Positions 8,663 to 18,041 of a stretch of DNA of 64,000 bases are shown here, piece by piece; position 1 is the first letter of the stretch, and each line of letters begins with the position of its first letter. The position numbers and the translations under genes were made by a program. This stretch comes from an uncultured Chthonomonadaceae bacterium (lineage in GTDB: Bacteria; Armatimonadota; Chthonomonadetes; Chthonomonadales; CAJBBX01). The stretch is from assembly GCA_964429855.1 (NCBI GenBank), contig CAYSDM010000012.1, forward strand, positions 4,203 to 68,202. Direction: 5' to 3'. The notes beneath the pieces were generated by a model, which was given only the letters and a program-made list of their open reading frames with translations, ran no database searches and was not told the DNA's origin.

Positions 8663-9711
8663 GAGCGATAGAGCCGGCATCTGAGGCTCTGCAGGGCAGA
8701 ACCACCTATATCTCCCAGTCCCCCGCCCTGACTCCGGAGACCGCCTTCCTGGAGTTGGTGCAGTCCGATCTAAAGGCGGTCGAAGCGCGTCTGAACAACG
8801 AGATCAGCGCAGAGGTTCGAGAGGTCAGCGCCCTGTCGGGGCATGTGCTGTCGGCCGGCGGCAAGCGGCTGCGTCCGGCGATGGTGGCGCTCTCCGCCCG
8901 CGCCGTGGATCCCGATCCTGACAGCGAGCGTCTGGCGGCTGTCGGCGCGTCGGTCGAACTGGTGCATATGGCGACGCTGGTGCATGATGATGTGGTGGAT
9001 AACACCGCCACCCGTCGCGGGAAACCGACCGCCAATGCCGTCTTCGGCAACGGTGTCGCGGTGCTGAGCGGCGACTTTCTGCTGGCGCGCGCCATGCGCC
9101 TGCTCGCGCTGGACGGCGACCTGCGAATCATTCGCGCTGTCTCCGAGATCACCATCGAGATGAGCGAGGGCGAGGTGATGGAGATCCTGGCGACAGGTGA
9201 CGCCTCCCTTACCGAGGAGCGATACTACAACATCCTGCGCAAGAAGACCGCCGTCTTTGTGGAGGGCTGCTGTCGCTGCGGGGCGATTCTGGGCGGGGCG
9301 ACGCCGCAGCAGGAGCGCGCGCTGGCGGAATACGGCTGCCATCTGGGAATGGCTTTTCAGATCGCCGATGACCTGCTGGACTACACCGGCAACCCGCTGG
9401 TGACGGGGAAACCCATCGGGAGCGACCTGCGCGACGGACGCGCCACGCTGCCCTTCCTGCTGGCGCTGCGGGAGGCGCATACCGCCGACCGAGAGCTTCT
9501 GCTCTCCGCCTTCAACCAGGCCGGGCTGGAGGACAGCGCGGTGGCGGAGATTGTCTGCCTGCTGAACCGTTACGGTGTGCTGGACCGCACCCGCGAGGCG
9601 GCGCGCACCCATGTCGAGCAGGCCGCTGCCGCCCTGCAGACGCTGCCCGCCTCTCCGGCGCGAGACAGCTTCTCCGCGCTGACCGACTACGTGATACAGC
9701 GAGACCGATGA
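8659..9711 (+). CDS. long-chain polyprenyl diphosphate synthase (hepta/octaprenyl type)
   Basis: First DDxxD motif (LVHDDVVDN) and second (IADDLLD). I chose ATG 8659 because it overlaps the ubiE stop as ATGA (8659-8662). The track ORF starts at 8635. Confidence 0.9.
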   Translation: MRAIEPASEALQGRTTYISQSPALTPETAFLELVQSDLKAVEARLNNEISAEVREVSALSGHVLSAGGKRLRPAMVALSARAVDPDPDSERLAAVGASVELVHMATLVHDDVVDNTATRRGKPTANAVFGNGVAVLSGDFLLARAMRLLALDGDLRIIRAVSEITIEMSEGEVMEILATGDASLTEERYYNILRKKTAVFVEGCCRCGAILGGATPQQERALAEYGCHLGMAFQIADDLLDYTGNPLVTGKPIGSDLRDGRATLPFLLALREAHTADRELLLSAFNQAGLEDSAVAEIVCLLNRYGVLDRTREAARTHVEQAAAALQTLPASPARDSFSALTDYVIQRDR

Positions 9712-10487
9712 ATCTCTACGTTTTCGATATGGACGGCGTTCTGTGGGCGATGGACGATCCCATTCCTCACGCCGCCGATGCCATCGCCCGCCTGCAGGGG
9801 CGGGGCGATCTGGTCTACTATCTGACCAATAACTCCTCCAAAACCCGCCTGGACTACGTCGAAAAGCTGGCGCGATTCGGCATCTCCGCCACGCAGGAGA
9901 CGATCATGACCTCTGCTTATGCGACCGCGCAGATTCTGCGGGCGGAGGGGCATGCGGGCAAAAGCGTCTATGTGGTCGGGGAGCAGGGGCTGCGCCGCGA
10001 GCTAGAGGCGGTCGGGATGCGGCTGGTGGAGTATGCCGAGGGAGATCGGGTGGATTTTGTGGTGGTCGGCTGGGATCGCGAGTTCACCTACCGGAAGCTG
10101 GCGCTGGCGCATGCGGCAATCGTGCGGGGGGGCGCGGCGTTCATCGCCACCAATCGCGACGCCACCTATCCTGACACGGGCGGGCGCACACTTCCTGGCG
10201 GAGGCGCGCTGGTCGCCGCCATCCAGACCTGCACTGGAATCGCGCCCCGCACCATCGGCAAGCCGGAGCCGCATACCCTCGACCTGATCCTGCGCGCGAC
10301 GGGGGCTTCCCCTCTGAACTGTCTGGTGATCGGCGACCGGCTGGATACCGACATCGCGCTGGGCAAGCGGGTCGGGGCGCGCACCGCCCTGGCGTTGACC
10401 GGCGTTACCTCCCGCGAGGATGTCGAAGCCGCTGCGCCCGAACAGCGTCCCGACCTGATCCTCCACAACCTCTCCGAACTGCCCTGA
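9708..10487 (+). CDS. HAD-superfamily hydrolase, subfamily IIA (NagD-like sugar phosphatase)
   Basis: DxDG motif VFDMDGVLW and the C-terminal GDRLDTDI motif. The start overlaps the upstream stop as ATGA (9708-9711). Confidence 0.88.
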   Translation: MNLYVFDMDGVLWAMDDPIPHAADAIARLQGRGDLVYYLTNNSSKTRLDYVEKLARFGISATQETIMTSAYATAQILRAEGHAGKSVYVVGEQGLRRELEAVGMRLVEYAEGDRVDFVVVGWDREFTYRKLALAHAAIVRGGAAFIATNRDATYPDTGGRTLPGGGALVAAIQTCTGIAPRTIGKPEPHTLDLILRATGASPLNCLVIGDRLDTDIALGKRVGARTALALTGVTSREDVEAAAPEQRPDLILHNLSELP

Positions 10488-10513
10488 AACGCCTCGCAAA
10501 ACCTGCGCTGAGC

Positions 10514-10542
10514 TTGACAGCAGCCGGCAGTTGTGATAGAAT
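10514..10542 (+). promoter_or_regulatory. near-consensus sigma-70 promoter with extended -10 and no downstream CDS
   Basis: TTGACA (10514-10519), 17-nt spacer, TAGAAT (10537-10542), with TG at -15/-14 (tgatagaat). Confidence 0.7.
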
Positions 10543-10549
10543 ACGCCCC

Positions 10550-10678
10550 TGGTTGACCGGCAAAAAAACCATATCTTTATTAGCAGGGGAGCCTCCTCAA
10601 CCCTTTCAGGCGCCTGCGATACGACACCGGATCCGCGAATCGAGAGCGGAAACCGGGGCGTGTCGTCAGGCGTTTTTT
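10550..10678 (+). ncRNA. candidate small RNA (~125 nt) of unrecognised family
   Basis: Bounded by the promoter at 10514-10542 and an intrinsic terminator ending in TTTTTT at 10673-10678. A 5' helix is possible: ggttga 10551-10556 with tcaacc 10597-10602. There is no plausible ORF or RBS inside. mutS2 has its own promoter downstream. Confidence 0.5.
10611..10678 (+). terminator. rho-independent terminator (long interrupted hairpin plus U-tract)
   Basis: Pairings: cgcctg/caggcg, acgacac/gtgtcgt, ccgg/ccgg and tccgc/gcgga, around the loop gaatcgaga. Followed by tttttt at 10673-10678. Confidence 0.75.
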
Positions 10679-10727
10679 GGTGCGGCGGCAGTCCTCTTCT
10701 GGAATGAACTGCAGGCGGGCGGGTTCG

Positions 10728-10756
10728 TTGACGCATCCCGCGCGCCATGATACAAT
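10728..10756 (+). promoter_or_regulatory. sigma-70 promoter of mutS2
   Basis: TTGACG (10728-10733), 17-nt spacer, TACAAT (10751-10756), with an extended TG (tgatacaat). Lies 14 nt upstream of ATG 10770, so the leader is very short. Confidence 0.7.
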
Positions 10757-10769
10757 GGAGCGATCAGTC

Positions 10770-13130
10770 ATGGATGCCCATACCCTTAAAGTCATAGAGT
10801 GGTCGAAGGTGCTGGAACGGCTGGCGGGACACGCCTCCAACAGCATGGGGCGCGAAGCGGCGCTGGCTCTGGAGCCGTCCGCCTATCCGGAGATCGTGGC
10901 GCGCCGCCTTCAGGAGACCCGCGAGGCGCGCTGGATTCTGGAACGGGAGTCGGGGCTGCCCCTCGGCGGCATTCGCGACATCCGCGAGGCGGTGGAACGC
11001 GCCGCCATCGAGTACCGCCTGACCCCGCATGAACTGCTCGATGTCGGGCAGACCGTCGCCGCCGCGCGCCGCCTGAAGACCTATCTGGTCAAACTGCGCG
11101 AGAAGTATCCCCTGCTGGCGGAGATCGCCGGCAACCTGCCGGTCTTTCCTCTACTGGAGACGCGCATTGAGGAGAGCATTGCGGAGAACGCCGAGGTGCG
11201 CGACAGCGCCACCCCGGAACTGGGGCGCATTCGCAGCCAGTTGAAGGTCTCCCACGCCCGCCTGATGGATAAGCTCAACAGCATTCTGGGCAGCGAACGC
11301 TACCGCACCTTTATCCAGGAGCCGATCATCACCCTGCGCGAGGGACGCTACTGCATCCCGGTGAAGGCGGAGAATCGCGGGCAGTTGGGAGGGATCGTCC
11401 ACGACGCCAGCGCCAGCGGCGCGACCGTCTTTGTCGAGCCGGGTTCCTGCATCGAACTGGGCAATCAGTTAAAGGAACTGGCGATACAGGAAGAGCAGGA
11501 GGTCGTTCGCATCCTGACGCGGCTGACCGGCATGGTCGGCGCGGCGGCGGAGGATATGCGGCGCATGATTGCGCTGCTGGCGACGCTGGATGTGGCGAAT
11601 GCTAAGGCGCTTATGGCGCTGGAGATGGAGGCGGCGGAGCCGAAGCTGAACCGAAACGGCGTGATCCGTCTTTTCGACGCCCGCCATCCGCTGCTGCCCG
11701 GAACGGTCGTGCCGATTGATGTGGAGGTGGGGGACCGCTTCACCGTCCTGCTGATTACAGGTCCGAATACAGGCGGCAAGACCGTCACCCTCAAAACCGT
11801 CGGGCTGCTGACGCTGATGACGCAGGCGGGACTGCAGATTCCTGCCTCCCCGGACAGCGAAATCGCTCTGTTCGAGCAGGTCTTCGCGGACATCGGCGAC
11901 GAACAGGATATACAGCAGTCGCTCTCCACCTTCTCCGCACACCTGAAGAATATCGTTAAGATCATCTCGACACTGAGCGCTAACGCGCTGGTGATGCTGG
12001 ACGAAGTGGGGGCGGGAACCGACCCGGCGGAGGGCGCGGCGCTGGCGAAGTCGCTCCTGATCGCGCTTCAGAAACGCGGCGCGCGAGTCATCGCCACCAC
12101 CCATTACGGCGAACTGAAGGAGTTCGCCTATGCGCATCCGGGCATTGAAAATGCGGCGGTCGAGTTTGACCGAGAGACCCTGCGTCCGACCTATCGAATC
12201 CTGCTGGGCGTGCCGGGGAATTCGCAGGCGTTCTATATTGCGGAGAGGCTGGGGCTGCCGGAGGAGATCGTCGCCGGCGCGCGCGAGAACCTTTCTCACC
12301 GCGATCAGCAGACCGCCGACCTTCTGATGCAGATCGAGGAGAGCCGCCGACAGACCTTCGCTATGGAGCGCGATGCGGCGCAGGCGAAGCGCGATGCGGA
12401 GGCGGCGCGGGAGGAGTATCAGCGTCGGGTGCAGCAGGTCGCCGATGTGCAGCGCACGATTCGCCGCGAGGCGGAGGAGGAGGCGCGCGCCGTTCTCCGG
12501 CGCGTCTCGGAGAAGGCGGAAAATATCCTGGAGGAGCTTCGCAAAGCCAACAAAGGCAAGCGTCGAACCACCACCTCCCGTCAGCAGTTGAGCGCGCTGC
12601 GGCGCGAGGTATCCGAGGAACTGGCAACTCCAGAGCCGGAAGAGGAGGAGCCGACACCGACAGACTACCGCTTCAAACGCGGCGACCGGGTGCGCGTTAC
12701 CACCTTCAATACCGAGGGCGAACTGCTGGACGAGCCGAGTGAGGGGCTGGTGAATGTGCAGATCGGCTCCATGCGCGCCCTGCTGCCGCTGGAGGTACTG
12801 CGCCCGCTGCCAAAAAAGACGGCGGAGAAGGCGAAGCGCGAAGTTTCAGGCGCGGCGGAGCTATCCATGCGCAAAGCGATTCACATCTCCCCGGAGATCA
12901 CCATTCGCGCCATGCGCGTGGAGGAGGCGGCTCCCCTGCTGGATCGTTATCTGGATGATGCCTATGCCGCCGGGATCGGGCAGGCGCGAATCATTCACGG
13001 GAAGGGAACCGGCGCGCTGCGAAAGTTCGTCCATGAATATCTGAAGTCGCACCCGGTCGTCGCCTCTTATCGCCTGGGAGATGAATCCGAGGGCGGAGAC
13101 GGCGCGACGGTAGTAACGATGAAGGAGTAG
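10770..13130 (+). CDS. mutS2: endonuclease MutS2 (MutS domain V ATPase plus C-terminal Smr)
   Basis: The N-terminus MDAHTLKVIEWSKVLERLAGHAS is typical of MutS2. Walker A is GPNTGGKT. The C-terminal Smr domain contains IIHGKGTGALRKFVHEYLKSHP. The track ORF starts at 10677, inside the terminator/promoter region. Confidence 0.93.
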   Translation: MDAHTLKVIEWSKVLERLAGHASNSMGREAALALEPSAYPEIVARRLQETREARWILERESGLPLGGIRDIREAVERAAIEYRLTPHELLDVGQTVAAARRLKTYLVKLREKYPLLAEIAGNLPVFPLLETRIEESIAENAEVRDSATPELGRIRSQLKVSHARLMDKLNSILGSERYRTFIQEPIITLREGRYCIPVKAENRGQLGGIVHDASASGATVFVEPGSCIELGNQLKELAIQEEQEVVRILTRLTGMVGAAAEDMRRMIALLATLDVANAKALMALEMEAAEPKLNRNGVIRLFDARHPLLPGTVVPIDVEVGDRFTVLLITGPNTGGKTVTLKTVGLLTLMTQAGLQIPASPDSEIALFEQVFADIGDEQDIQQSLSTFSAHLKNIVKIISTLSANALVMLDEVGAGTDPAEGAALAKSLLIALQKRGARVIATTHYGELKEFAYAHPGIENAAVEFDRETLRPTYRILLGVPGNSQAFYIAERLGLPEEIVAGARENLSHRDQQTADLLMQIEESRRQTFAMERDAAQAKRDAEAAREEYQRRVQQVADVQRTIRREAEEEARAVLRRVSEKAENILEELRKANKGKRRTTTSRQQLSALRREVSEELATPEPEEEEPTPTDYRFKRGDRVRVTTFNTEGELLDEPSEGLVNVQIGSMRALLPLEVLRPLPKKTAEKAKREVSGAAELSMRKAIHISPEITIRAMRVEEAAPLLDRYLDDAYAAGIGQARIIHGKGTGALRKFVHEYLKSHPVVASYRLGDESEGGDGATVVTMKE

Positions 13131-13134
13131 CTCC

Positions 13135-13566
13135 TTGCTCAGTACGGAAGCCGTTCAGGCGCTTATTCTCCTCGCAGCGCAGGCGAGAGAGAATGCGTAT
13201 GCGCCCTACAGCCGGTATCGCGTGGGAGCAGCGGTGGTCGCGGAGGATGAGCGAGTCTTCGCGGGCTGCAACGTGGAGAACGCCTCCTACGGGTTGAGCC
13301 TCTGTGCGGAGCGCGCCGCCATGTCCAGCGCGGTCGCCTGCGGCGTAAAGCGGCTGGCGGCGGTGGTGGTGGTGACGGAGGCGGAACCTCCCGGCACTCC
13401 CTGCGGAGCCTGTCGGCAGTGGCTGGCGGAGTTGGGCGGCGATAGTCTGGAGATTATCGCCGCCAATCTGCGCGGTCAGACCCGCCGTTTTACCCTCAAA
13501 CAGCTTCTGCCCGAGGCGTTCCGGCTCGATACGAACGGACCTCGCGCCCGTAACGACTCCCGATGA
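13135..13566 (+). CDS. cdd: cytidine deaminase
   Basis: Zinc motifs CAERAA and PCGACRQWL. TTG start at 13135 has GAAGGAG 7 nt upstream. Confidence 0.9.
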   Translation: MLSTEAVQALILLAAQARENAYAPYSRYRVGAAVVAEDERVFAGCNVENASYGLSLCAERAAMSSAVACGVKRLAAVVVVTEAEPPGTPCGACRQWLAELGGDSLEIIAANLRGQTRRFTLKQLLPEAFRLDTNGPRARNDSR

Positions 13567-13576
13567 CAGGATAACC

Positions 13577-14791
13577 ATGAAACCAACCGCAGTTCAGTTC
13601 GGCGCAGGAAATATCGGGCGCGGCTTTATCGCGCAGCTTTTTCATGAAAGCGGCTACGAGGTCGTCTTTGTGGATGTTGTCCCGGAGATCGTCGCCGCGC
13701 TCAATGAAAACCGGCAGTACCGCCTGCGGATTGTCGGCAGGGGAGCGCAGGATATTCAGATCACTCATGTGCGCGCGGTGCATGGTCGAGACCAGAAGTC
13801 GGTTGCGCAGGAGGTCGCCGCCTGCGAGATCGCCTGTACGGCGGTCGGCGTGGGCGCGCTCAAGTTTGTGGCTCCCAATCTGGCAGCCGGGCTTCTGCTC
13901 CGGCATGAGCAGGGAGGCGGCGCGCTGAACGTGCTGGTCTGCGAGAACCTGCACGACGCCAGCGGTCTGCTGAAGAGTCTGGTGGCGGAGCATCTGCCGG
14001 AGGCGGAGCGGGAGGCGATTCTGGCAAAGGTCGGCTTTGTGCAGGCGGTCGTCAGCCGCATGGTTCCCCTGCAGACGGAGGAGGATCGCCGCGAAGACCC
14101 GGCGGGCATCCGGGTGGAAGGCTACAAAAAGCTGCCGATTGACGGACAGGCGATTGTGGGAACGCTGCCCTCCATTATCGGCGTGAAGGTGGTTGCCGAT
14201 TTTGAGTCGGAGGTGGAGCGCAAGCTCTACACGCATAACTGTATGCACGCCGTCATGGGCTATCTGGGATTTCTGTCCGGTTTCACGCACGGCTATGAGG
14301 CGCTGGAACACCCGGAGACTCGCGCTATGGTGGATGCGGTGATGGAGGATACCGGGCTGGCGCTGGTGCGAAAGCACGGTTTCGACCCGCAGGAACATGC
14401 GGCGATCACGCTGGATATCCTCGAACGCTCCCGCAGCCGCGATCTCGGCGATACCTGTTTCCGGCTGGCGCGAGACCCGATACGCAAACTGGCTCCCGAT
14501 GACCGGCTGACCGGCGCGGCGCGTCTGTGCGAGTCGCAGAACGTCCCGACCGACCGTCTGGCGCTGGTGATCGCCTGCGCGCTGCGGTTCGAGTCGCCGG
14601 AAGACCCGACCTCGCTGGAGATGCAGCGGCGGATTCAGAGCGAGGGCGTGGAGCGCGTTCTGCAGGACCTCTGCGCCATTTCGCCGGAGGAACCGCTTGG
14701 AGAGGCGGTTCTGGCGGAATATGCGCGGCTGGTTCGCGCCTCCGAACCGTTCGAGACAATTCTGAAGCGAGCGATCCGGCATGAGTCATGA
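13577..14791 (+). CDS. mannitol-1-phosphate 5-dehydrogenase family oxidoreductase
   Basis: N-terminal Rossmann motif VQFGAGNIGRGFIAQLF and a length (404 aa) typical of MtlD-like enzymes. Confidence 0.8.
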   Translation: MKPTAVQFGAGNIGRGFIAQLFHESGYEVVFVDVVPEIVAALNENRQYRLRIVGRGAQDIQITHVRAVHGRDQKSVAQEVAACEIACTAVGVGALKFVAPNLAAGLLLRHEQGGGALNVLVCENLHDASGLLKSLVAEHLPEAEREAILAKVGFVQAVVSRMVPLQTEEDRREDPAGIRVEGYKKLPIDGQAIVGTLPSIIGVKVVADFESEVERKLYTHNCMHAVMGYLGFLSGFTHGYEALEHPETRAMVDAVMEDTGLALVRKHGFDPQEHAAITLDILERSRSRDLGDTCFRLARDPIRKLAPDDRLTGAARLCESQNVPTDRLALVIACALRFESPEDPTSLEMQRRIQSEGVERVLQDLCAISPEEPLGEAVLAEYARLVRASEPFETILKRAIRHES

Positions 14792-15962
14792 GGTTCGGGC
14801 AATCCGCGACAGCGAATACGAAGAGTGCCTGCAGCTCTGGATGAGGGCGTTTCAGGAGGAGGACGCCCGCGCCTACTTCGAGCGTTACTTCTTCGGCGAC
14901 GCCGATTTCCAGAACGAATACTGCCGGGTCTGCGTGGTGGATGGGCGTCTGGTCAGCGCAGTACAGATCGTCCGCAGAACGCTCTCCTTCGGCGACTTTA
15001 CCCTGACCCTGGGCGGCATCGCGAATGTGGCGACCCTGCCGGAGTATCGGGGAAAGGGCTACAATACGCAGTGTATGCTGCAGGCGCATGCCGTCATGGA
15101 ATCGGACGCCTTTGACCTCGCGCTGCTGGGAACCGGTATCCAGGATTACTATGCGCGGCTGGGCTGGGAGCTGATTCCCTCCCTTTCGCGGTCCGGATAT
15201 CTGCGCGAAGGCATTATCCCCGACCGGCGCGGCTTCACGGTTCGTCGAGCGCAGGCAGGCGATGAGGAGGCGATTCAGGCGATCTACCGCGCCTTCAATG
15301 ATCGGCGTCCCTGTACCGTCCGGCGCAGTCCTGCCTACTGGCGAGACTGGGTCGGGATGCGCGACGGAACGTTCCCTGCGGGAGAGGCGCGTATTGCAGA
15401 GCGCGACGGCATTCCGGTCGGATACCTTCTGTTTGATCTGAATGCCGAAAGAGCCATTGTCCGGGAGATCGGCGCGGCGGAGGGAGAAGAGGAGGCGCTG
15501 ACGACGCTGCTGGAGGAGGCGGCAGCCTTTACACAGCAGCGCGGTCAGGCGCGTATGGAGTGGGATATTCCCCGCGACCCCGTCATCCTCGCGGCGGCGG
15601 AATCGCTTTTCGCCCGGCAGCAGGTGGAGACCGACACCGGGACGATGGTGCGCTTCCTGCACCGCGACAACCTGCTTCGCGGACTGTCTCCCGTACTCAC
15701 CGAACGCTGGATGGAGGCTGGCTCCCCGCCAGGCTGCCTGACATTCGTCAATCCCTACGGCGCGACTCGCGTCGAATCGGATCGCTTTCTGAATATCCTT
15801 CCGACAGAGGATGCCGGGGACGCTCTGAATCAGTCTGAGATGTTTCTGCTGCTGACCGGAGTCGGGCTGCCGGAAGGGAGACTGAACCCGGAGAGGCAAG
15901 CCTTCGCCCACGCGCTCTTTCCTCCGTTCGATGCCTGGTACTGGAACTACGACTGGTTTTGA
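14781..15962 (+). CDS. GNAT family N-acetyltransferase (Eis-like, with C-terminal SCP2-like region)
   Basis: GNAT core GGIANVATLPEYRGKGY. The 393-aa length and layout resemble Eis-type acetyltransferases. Overlaps the upstream gene by 11 nt. Confidence 0.8.
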   Translation: MSHEVRAIRDSEYEECLQLWMRAFQEEDARAYFERYFFGDADFQNEYCRVCVVDGRLVSAVQIVRRTLSFGDFTLTLGGIANVATLPEYRGKGYNTQCMLQAHAVMESDAFDLALLGTGIQDYYARLGWELIPSLSRSGYLREGIIPDRRGFTVRRAQAGDEEAIQAIYRAFNDRRPCTVRRSPAYWRDWVGMRDGTFPAGEARIAERDGIPVGYLLFDLNAERAIVREIGAAEGEEEALTTLLEEAAAFTQQRGQARMEWDIPRDPVILAAAESLFARQQVETDTGTMVRFLHRDNLLRGLSPVLTERWMEAGSPPGCLTFVNPYGATRVESDRFLNILPTEDAGDALNQSEMFLLLTGVGLPEGRLNPERQAFAHALFPPFDAWYWNYDWF

Positions 15963-15963
15963 T

Positions 15964-17934
15964 ATGATGACCACGCGCCGGCAGGATTACTACCGAACAA
16001 TGATCTATAAAACGCTGCCTTCCTTCCTGTTCCTCTGCGCCCTGCTGCTGCCTTCTGTTCTCCCTGCCTTCGCCGATAACGTCGTCTTTCCCCCTGATGC
16101 CGGGATCGTCAATGTGAAGCTGCCTCCCTATAATGCGAAAGGAGACGGCATTCACGACGACACCGCCGCCATTCAGCGCGCTCTGGATGATCATCCGGCG
16201 ATGAACGCCATCATCTACCTGCCGAATGGAACCTACCTGATCACCAGCACGCTGAAGTGGGGCGGCGGCGCGCAGGGGCATACCCGCCAGCGCAATACCA
16301 TTCTGCAGGGGCAGAATCGCCTGCGTACCACGATTCGCCTGAAGAACGCCTGTCCCGGCTATACCGACTCGCAGAAGCCGAAGGCGATGATCTGGACGGG
16401 GGAGTTCCCGGCGCAGCGATTCCGCAATGCCATCCGCAACCTGACGGTGCACTCCGGAAACGGCAATCCGGGAGCGATTGGCGTACAGTTTCACGCCAGC
16501 AACGTCGGCTGCGTGCGCGAGGTCACCATTCAGTCGGGCGACGGGCAGGGCGTGATCGGCCTCGATATGTCCTATACCGACGACATCGGTCCCTGCTTCA
16601 TCAAGAACCTGGCGGTGATCGGGTTCGATGTCGGGATTGCGCTGGATCATGGCGTCAACTCCATGCATTTCGAGCATATTCGCCTGCGTGGACAGAGAAA
16701 GTACGGGCTGGTCAATGGAGAGCGGGTCTGCGGGCAGAGCGTCGGGATTCGCGGGCTGGTGAGCGAAAACAGCGTCCCTGCCGTCTACAACCCGCATCCG
16801 TTCGGGCTGATCGCCCTGATCGATTCGCGGCTGATGGGAACCGAACAGGCTTCCGCCCGCCCTGCCATCTGCAGCCCGCGCGGACATCTGTTTTTACGCA
16901 ATGTCGCCACGCCCGGCTACGGGCGCGCCGTCGAGTATGGCGACCGGGAGCCTCTGCGTATCCTTCCCGGTCCGACGGTGCGCGAGTTTACGACTGCCAC
17001 GATTCCAGGTTCGGCTCCCGCCTCGCTGAATCTGCCGGTGGTGGAGACGCCCGTCGTTCCCTGGGACGATCTGAAGGACTGGGCAAATATCGTGGACTTC
17101 GGGGGAAAACCCGATGACGATCTGGACGACAGCGACGCGCTGCAGCGCGCCATCGACTCCGGCAAGACGACGGTCTGTATGCCGCGCGGCGTCCTCACCA
17201 TCAAAAAGCCTATCATGATCCGGGGCAATGTGCGTCGTCTGATCGGCTGCGAATCCTATCTGAAGTTTCCGGAGCCGATCTCCGGCAAATCCATCTTCAC
17301 GGTGACGAACGGAAAATACCCGGTTGTCGTGGTGGAACGGCTCTGGGCGCCCTTCTGGGAGAACCGCTCCGGTATCAACTTTATAGACAATGTGTCCCGC
17401 CGGACTCTGGTGTTGAAGGAGGTCGGCGATGTGGACAATCTGGCGAATCTGGCGGAGGGCAACGTCATTACCGGACCGGGCGATCTCTTCATCGAGGATG
17501 TGACGGGGCGATTCCAGTTTCGCGGGCAGAGAGTCTGGGCGCGCTATATCAACCCGGAGACCAACTCCGAGCGCAATCCCCGCCTCGAAGACCGCTGGCA
17601 TCTGAAGAATGCGGGCGGCACGCTCTGGATACTGGGAATCAAGACCGAGGGACCGGGACCGATTGTGATCTCGACGAAAGGCGCAAAGACCGAGGTGATC
17701 GGCGGCTTGATGTACTCCTCTGGAGGGACTGCCGGAATGCAGGATCAGCCCGCGTTTGTGGTTGAGGACTCGCTGCTCTCCTTTACCCTCAGCGAAACCA
17801 ATTTCGTTCTAAACAATCCCTACGAGATACTGGTACGGCAGATTCGCGGCGGGCGGGTCGCCTTTGAACTCAAGCGCGGGCAGACGCCCTCCAGTCCGGG
17901 GGGCAGTCTCATTCCCCTGTTCGCCACTCGTTAA
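15964..17934 (+). CDS. secreted pectate-lyase-fold glycosidase with two tandem beta-helix modules (GH55-like)
   Basis: Two copies of the Pectate_lyase_3-type opening: YNAKGDGIHDDTAAIQRALDD...IYLPNGTYLITS and FGGKPDDDLDDSDALQRAIDSGKTTVCMPRGVL. The hydrophobic leader is LPSFLFLCALLLPSVLPAFA. Start is 15964 or 16000. Confidence 0.75.
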   Translation: MMTTRRQDYYRTMIYKTLPSFLFLCALLLPSVLPAFADNVVFPPDAGIVNVKLPPYNAKGDGIHDDTAAIQRALDDHPAMNAIIYLPNGTYLITSTLKWGGGAQGHTRQRNTILQGQNRLRTTIRLKNACPGYTDSQKPKAMIWTGEFPAQRFRNAIRNLTVHSGNGNPGAIGVQFHASNVGCVREVTIQSGDGQGVIGLDMSYTDDIGPCFIKNLAVIGFDVGIALDHGVNSMHFEHIRLRGQRKYGLVNGERVCGQSVGIRGLVSENSVPAVYNPHPFGLIALIDSRLMGTEQASARPAICSPRGHLFLRNVATPGYGRAVEYGDREPLRILPGPTVREFTTATIPGSAPASLNLPVVETPVVPWDDLKDWANIVDFGGKPDDDLDDSDALQRAIDSGKTTVCMPRGVLTIKKPIMIRGNVRRLIGCESYLKFPEPISGKSIFTVTNGKYPVVVVERLWAPFWENRSGINFIDNVSRRTLVLKEVGDVDNLANLAEGNVITGPGDLFIEDVTGRFQFRGQRVWARYINPETNSERNPRLEDRWHLKNAGGTLWILGIKTEGPGPIVISTKGAKTEVIGGLMYSSGGTAGMQDQPAFVVEDSLLSFTLSETNFVLNNPYEILVRQIRGGRVAFELKRGQTPSSPGGSLIPLFATR

Positions 17935-18041
17935 ACGCGAACTTCAGTCTATCCTGATATCGCCCCCGTACATTTACGAAGGAACTTGCACTACAATGGC
18001 GAACTATAACCGCCGATGATTGTGTACGGAGGTTAAATAGT

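Noticed and set aside
7208-8680. 490-aa minus-strand ORF opposite the MFS and ubiE genes; similar cases at 13496-14782, 14406-15974, 15748-16887, 18264-20063, 42756-44174 and 49936-51741
   Set aside because: All lie antisense to genes with strong family signatures, and all have Arg/Gly/His-rich compositions with no motifs. I judged them shadow ORFs.
10550-10678. Tried to classify the candidate RNA as SRP (4.5S) RNA, 6S RNA, or a c-di-GMP, yybP-ykoY or guanidine riboswitch
   Set aside because: I could not find the conserved cores I remember (GGAAGCAGC for SRP, ACGCAAAGC for GEMM, GGGGAGUAG...UUGACAUA in the right order for yybP, and so on). At about 125 nt it is too short for 6S RNA. I left it unclassified.
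10514-10750. 78-aa plus-strand ORF covering the HAD-mutS2 intergenic region
   Set aside because: Its start codon is the TTG of the -35 hexamer, it has no RBS, and it reads straight through the terminator hairpin and the second promoter. An sRNA or regulatory unit explains the region better.
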